Shown one piece after another: positions 11,779 through 13,265 of a stretch of 13,265 nt of DNA. The position numbers and the translations under genes were made by a program. Within the stretch, counting starts at the first letter, position 1. Each line of letters begins with the position of its first letter. Location: the NCBI GenBank assembly GCA_037441385.1, contig JBBISH010000155.1, positions 1-13,265 of the forward strand. Direction: 5' to 3'. Source of the DNA: Myxococcales bacterium. GTDB lineage: Bacteria > Myxococcota_A > UBA9042. The notes beneath the pieces were generated by a model. That model ran no database searches. It was given only the letters and a program-made list of their open reading frames with translations, and was not told the origin of the DNA.

Positions 11779-11823
11779 GTTTCTTGGCGTCTGCGGCGCG
11801 GGCGCGCTGGGAGTTCGATCCAG

Positions 11824-13050
11824 ATGGGAAACCTTTTCAAGATGGCCGTGCGCAATGTATTCCGCAACCGCGGGCGCTCGGGCCTGACCATGGGCGCGAT
11901 CGGCTTTGGCGTGTTCTTCACCATGCTGATGGGCTCGTTCATCCTGGGCCTGGGCAACGTGATGATCGACGATATCGTCTTGGGCAAGACCGGCGCCCTG
12001 CAGGTGCACCGCAAGGGCTACGACGACGTGCGCGAAAACCAGCCGCTGGACCTGGACTTTGATGTGGACGGGCCCGAGGTCAAGCTGGTGCGCAGCGCTC
12101 CGGGGGTGCGGGCCGTGTCGCCGCGGATCCCGTTTGGCGGCCTGCTGAACAACGGCAGCCAGTCCACCACCTTCCAGGGCACGGCCTACGATCCCAAGCA
12201 GGAATTCGTGGCCCTGCCGTGGGCCAAGTTTGGCCTGAGCGGCAAGGCCGTGGGCGAAGATCCGGCGCACCCGACCGGCGCGGTTCTGGGCGACGAACTG
12301 GCCGAGGCCCTGGGGCTGAAGTCGGGATCGGTGGCGACGCTCCAGGCGGCGACGCGCGAGGGGCGGCAGAACGCCCTGGACCTGGACGTGGCCGGCGTGC
12401 AGAACAACGGCAACGCCTTTGAGGCCAAGCGGTTGGTGAACGTGGACCTGGCCTTTGCCCAGGATCTGCTGGGCATGAAGGGGCGCGTGACCGAGCTGGC
12501 GGTGGCGCTGCACGACCGCGGCGACATCGAGGAGGTGGCGGCGGATCTGCGCGGGCGCCTGGGGCCGCAGTGGGAGGTGCAGACTTGGAAGCAGCTGCGG
12601 CCCAACGTGGCCGACGTGGTGCGTTTTCAGGCGCAGCTGCTCACCGTGATCGCGGTGGTGTTCTTGATCATTGCGGTGATCGGCGTGATCAACACGATGC
12701 TGATGGCGGTGCTCGAGCGCACCCGCGAGATCGGCACGATGATGGCGGTCGGCGTGCGGCGCGGCCGGATCACGGTTCTGTTTCTGCTCGAAGGCCTGGC
12801 GCTGGCGGCGATCGGTGGCACGGTGGGTATGGCCTTGTCGTCCAGCCTGATCTGGCTGGTGGCGAGCCGTGGCGGGCTGGCCTCGACGGCGCCGGGTTCC
12901 ACGGCGGTCTACCACATCGTGCCGGCGATGCCCTTGGGGCTGGTGCTGCCGACCTTCTTGGCCGCCACCCTGGGCACCCTGCTCGCGGCGGCGTGGCCGG
13001 CCTGGCGCGCGGCGCGGCTCAACCCGGTCGACGCGCTGCGCTCAGTCTAG
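11824..13050 (+). CDS. ABC transporter permease, MacB/FtsX/LolC-E family, 408 aa (paralog of the preceding gene)
   Basis: MAVRNVFRNRGRSGLT start, NTMLMAVLERTREIGTMMAVG, and PAWRAARLNPVDALR at the end, with the same 4-TM layout. GGGAG lies upstream of the ATG at 11824. Confidence 0.93.
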   Translation: MGNLFKMAVRNVFRNRGRSGLTMGAIGFGVFFTMLMGSFILGLGNVMIDDIVLGKTGALQVHRKGYDDVRENQPLDLDFDVDGPEVKLVRSAPGVRAVSPRIPFGGLLNNGSQSTTFQGTAYDPKQEFVALPWAKFGLSGKAVGEDPAHPTGAVLGDELAEALGLKSGSVATLQAATREGRQNALDLDVAGVQNNGNAFEAKRLVNVDLAFAQDLLGMKGRVTELAVALHDRGDIEEVAADLRGRLGPQWEVQTWKQLRPNVADVVRFQAQLLTVIAVVFLIIAVIGVINTMLMAVLERTREIGTMMAVGVRRGRITVLFLLEGLALAAIGGTVGMALSSSLIWLVASRGGLASTAPGSTAVYHIVPAMPLGLVLPTFLAATLGTLLAAAWPAWRAARLNPVDALRSV

Positions 13051-13265
13051 AGCACCGATCAGAAACCCGGACCTGCGGGCAGACGTCGCGGCGGGTCGCG
13101 CTAGTGCTGGGTATTGGGGCGCCCGCTTGCGACCCACGGATACGAACCCCGTCTGATTCACGCCTGTACGGCTTCTCTGCCCCGGTCTGCAACCGGCGAG
13201 AATCAGGCGGGGACCCCGGTTCGAGCCCGAAGAATTGCCCGAGTTTTCGATCCGATTCGGACGGA
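13047..13265 (+). mobile_element. MITE-like element, copy C (longer variant, far end not in the window)
   Basis: CTAG at 13047-13050 (the stop codon of permease 2), then AGCACCGATCAGAAACC. 13047-13140 is 86/94 identical to the reverse complement of 501-594. Similarity appears to resume at GAGTTTTCG (13241-13249) after roughly 90 extra bp. Confidence 0.7.

Noticed and set aside
9067..12915. Long antisense or alternate-frame ORFs (9067-10284, 10516-11763, 10911-12062, 11776-12915 and similar ones over the kinase and carH)
   Set aside because: Shadow ORFs expected from high-GC codon bias. They are Arg/His/Ala-rich, show no domains, and overlap well-supported genes.

Overview
GC-rich bacterial window; lipoprotein style and gene content suggest Myxococcota/deltaproteobacteria (inference). 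Genes in order: the 3' end of a glycine-rich protein gene; a CarH-type MerR/B12 photoreceptor with three 11-bp operator-like repeats upstream; a convergent 1615-aa hybrid histidine kinase (TM-PAS-GAF-PAS-GAF-PAS-HisKA-HATPase-REC-HPt) with a clear sigma70 promoter; a three-gene envelope cluster (Cys-Cys beta-barrel, tandem YtkA/FixH-like lipoprotein, YHS lipoprotein) that looks like a metal (probably copper) handling module; and two paralogous MacB/LolC-E-type ABC permeases with no ATPase in the window. The non-coding DNA is the least expected part. Three copies of a MITE-like family (two complete at about 155 bp, one longer and cut by the window edge) sit at CTAG tetramers that double as TAG stop codons. 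The 1-kb divergent intergenic region also holds a dense run of CTAG-delimited mini inverted-repeat units. All family assignments come from motif recognition by eye; no searches were run.
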